Assembly (NCBI GenBank): GCA_022566355.1
Contig: JADFJB010000006.1
Coordinates: 67-64,066, forward strand
DNA length: 64,000 nucleotides
Source: Candidatus Zhuqueibacterota bacterium
Lineage (GTDB): Bacteria; Zhuqueibacterota; JdFR-76; DREG01
Direction of reading: 5' to 3'
How positions within the stretch are numbered: the first letter of the stretch is position 1; every line of letters starts with the position of its first letter. Positions 62,822 through 64,000 of this stretch are shown in pieces. The notes below the pieces were generated by a model, which was not told the origin of the DNA, ran no database searches, and worked only from the letters and a program-made list of their open reading frames with translations. Both the position numbers and the translations under genes were made by a program.

Positions 62822-63782
62822 AAATTTCCCTCACCAACATTACAACCTCCTTCGCACAACCCCAGGCAATTGTATGGCCAATAGAACCATGGCCATAGTT
62901 ATGGATGATTGCCGATTTTTGTGAAATTCTTTCAAGCTCTAAACGCACAGAGTACCTGCCGGGTCGAAGTCCGACTTTGCTCTCCAGAATCTCCGGGTTG
63001 GCAAAAACCGGGTTTAACTTTGCACACCTTTCAATGATCAACTGAGTCGCCTTTTCGTCCGGTTTTAAACTCCAATTGTTCTCTTCTTTAGTGCTGCCGA
63101 GAATGCAGTGGTTTTTGTGGGGAATAATGTAACAATAAGAAGAGGGATCGCTTACATAAAAAATGTCAGATGGTAAATCAGTGGGTTTTCGGACCAGCAG
63201 AACCTGGCCTCGAATAGGATAAACCCGGTCGTCGTGGGCCAGTTCTTTCGCCCCAACCCCTGAGCAGTTGACCACTATCGAGTATTGATGGGTTAATTCG
63301 CCAAGGCTCTTTACATTCTCCTGTTGAATGATTCCACCCAACCCTAAAAATTGATGTTTTAAATATTTCATATACATCGGGGCATCGATTTTTGCAGATG
63401 TATATTTATAGCCAAACTTCCAGGGAGTTACGGTTTTGCCGCTAACAATGGCTTTGAAATCAGGAGCAAAATCCGCCCAATGTGAATCAGGAACCTGTCG
63501 ATCGAAAAACTCATGAAGTGTAGTCATAGAAATTCCTGATCCCGGAATTTCCGCCAGAGCCTGAAATTTTTCCAGGCTGATTTTACTCCAGGTTCGAACT
63601 TTTTCGCCGGTTTCTATCCCATGCGGATACCAGAATGCACCTGCAACATCCGAAGTGGTTTTGGGCGGCAGTTCACGAGCCAGTATTTTGACATTGAAGC
63701 CATTTTCGAGAAGACTCAAACCACAGGTTAATCCGGAAACGCCGCAACCAACGACTGCAATTTGGGGGGAGTTGTTGTGCAT
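62814..63782 (-). CDS. D-amino-acid oxidase family FAD-dependent oxidoreductase
   Basis: N-terminal IAVVGCGVSGLTCGLSL FAD-binding motif. C-terminal HNYGHGSIGHTIAWG matches the DAAO C-terminal signature. 322 aa. Confidence 0.8.
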   Translation of the reverse strand: MHNNSPQIAVVGCGVSGLTCGLSLLENGFNVKILARELPPKTTSDVAGAFWYPHGIETGEKVRTWSKISLEKFQALAEIPGSGISMTTLHEFFDRQVPDSHWADFAPDFKAIVSGKTVTPWKFGYKYTSAKIDAPMYMKYLKHQFLGLGGIIQQENVKSLGELTHQYSIVVNCSGVGAKELAHDDRVYPIRGQVLLVRKPTDLPSDIFYVSDPSSYCYIIPHKNHCILGSTKEENNWSLKPDEKATQLIIERCAKLNPVFANPEILESKVGLRPGRYSVRLELERISQKSAIIHNYGHGSIGHTIAWGCAKEVVMLVREIFE

Positions 63783-64000
63783 GGTTTGGTTAATTTATAA
63801 AACAAACTAAATAATATTTCTTTGTATTGACCTTATCTGCTCTAGCGTTTTCTTCTTTTTTTCTTTTTATGCGAATTTTTGTTAGAAGGAGGGCGAAAAC
63901 CTGCTTTTACACTTTCACGGTTGATAACATCATTCAAAGAAAATAAATAATTATATCTTGGGTGTTCCTTTGGCAATATTTTTAGATATTTATTCAATAA

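Overview
This 64-kb window appears to be bacterial chromosome, mostly + strand core genes interrupted by AT-rich accessory patches. T9SS-type C-terminal sorting domains, two PorV-like genes and a four-helix-bundle (23S IVS-type) protein point to an FCB-group-like or candidate-phylum organism. No rRNA, tRNA or CRISPR was found by eye.

Core functions present include hldD, a cyclophilin PPIase, a PfkB kinase, fabH, a fatty-acid desaturase, an M1 aminopeptidase, two APC permeases, pdxJ, an asparaginase-II-family protein, dusA, a DPP-IV-like S9 peptidase and transketolase. There is also a GT2/GT-C/GT2 glycosyltransferase cluster and a Gfo/Idh/MocA + xylose-isomerase-like + DUF1080 glycoside-oxidation cluster.

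The accessory parts are more unusual:
- A collagen-like (GxT)n tail-fibre-like gene carrying a C-terminal endosialidase-chaperone (S74) domain is broken by two compensating frameshifts inside the repeat.
- Several toxin-antitoxin modules are degraded: a RelE remnant, a BrnT pseudogene beside an intact brnA, and HigB followed by a HigA-HTH fused to an ImmA/IrrE peptidase.
- Tandem 9-bp GGCAC-containing repeats sit at three sites and bracket a four-helix-bundle protein cassette in inverted orientation.
- A ~70-110 bp element is duplicated 308 bp apart around a GC-rich, strongly self-complementary segment.
- Two unrelated DUF433-DUF5615 (PIN-like) gene pairs each sit immediately downstream of a minus-strand host gene (a hypothetical protein; brnA). 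Each is followed, about 80-90 bp past the DUF5615 end, by a decayed second copy of that host gene's 3' end. This att-like, 3'-end-targeting insertion signature, repeated at two independent loci, is the strongest candidate here for an undescribed mobile cassette.
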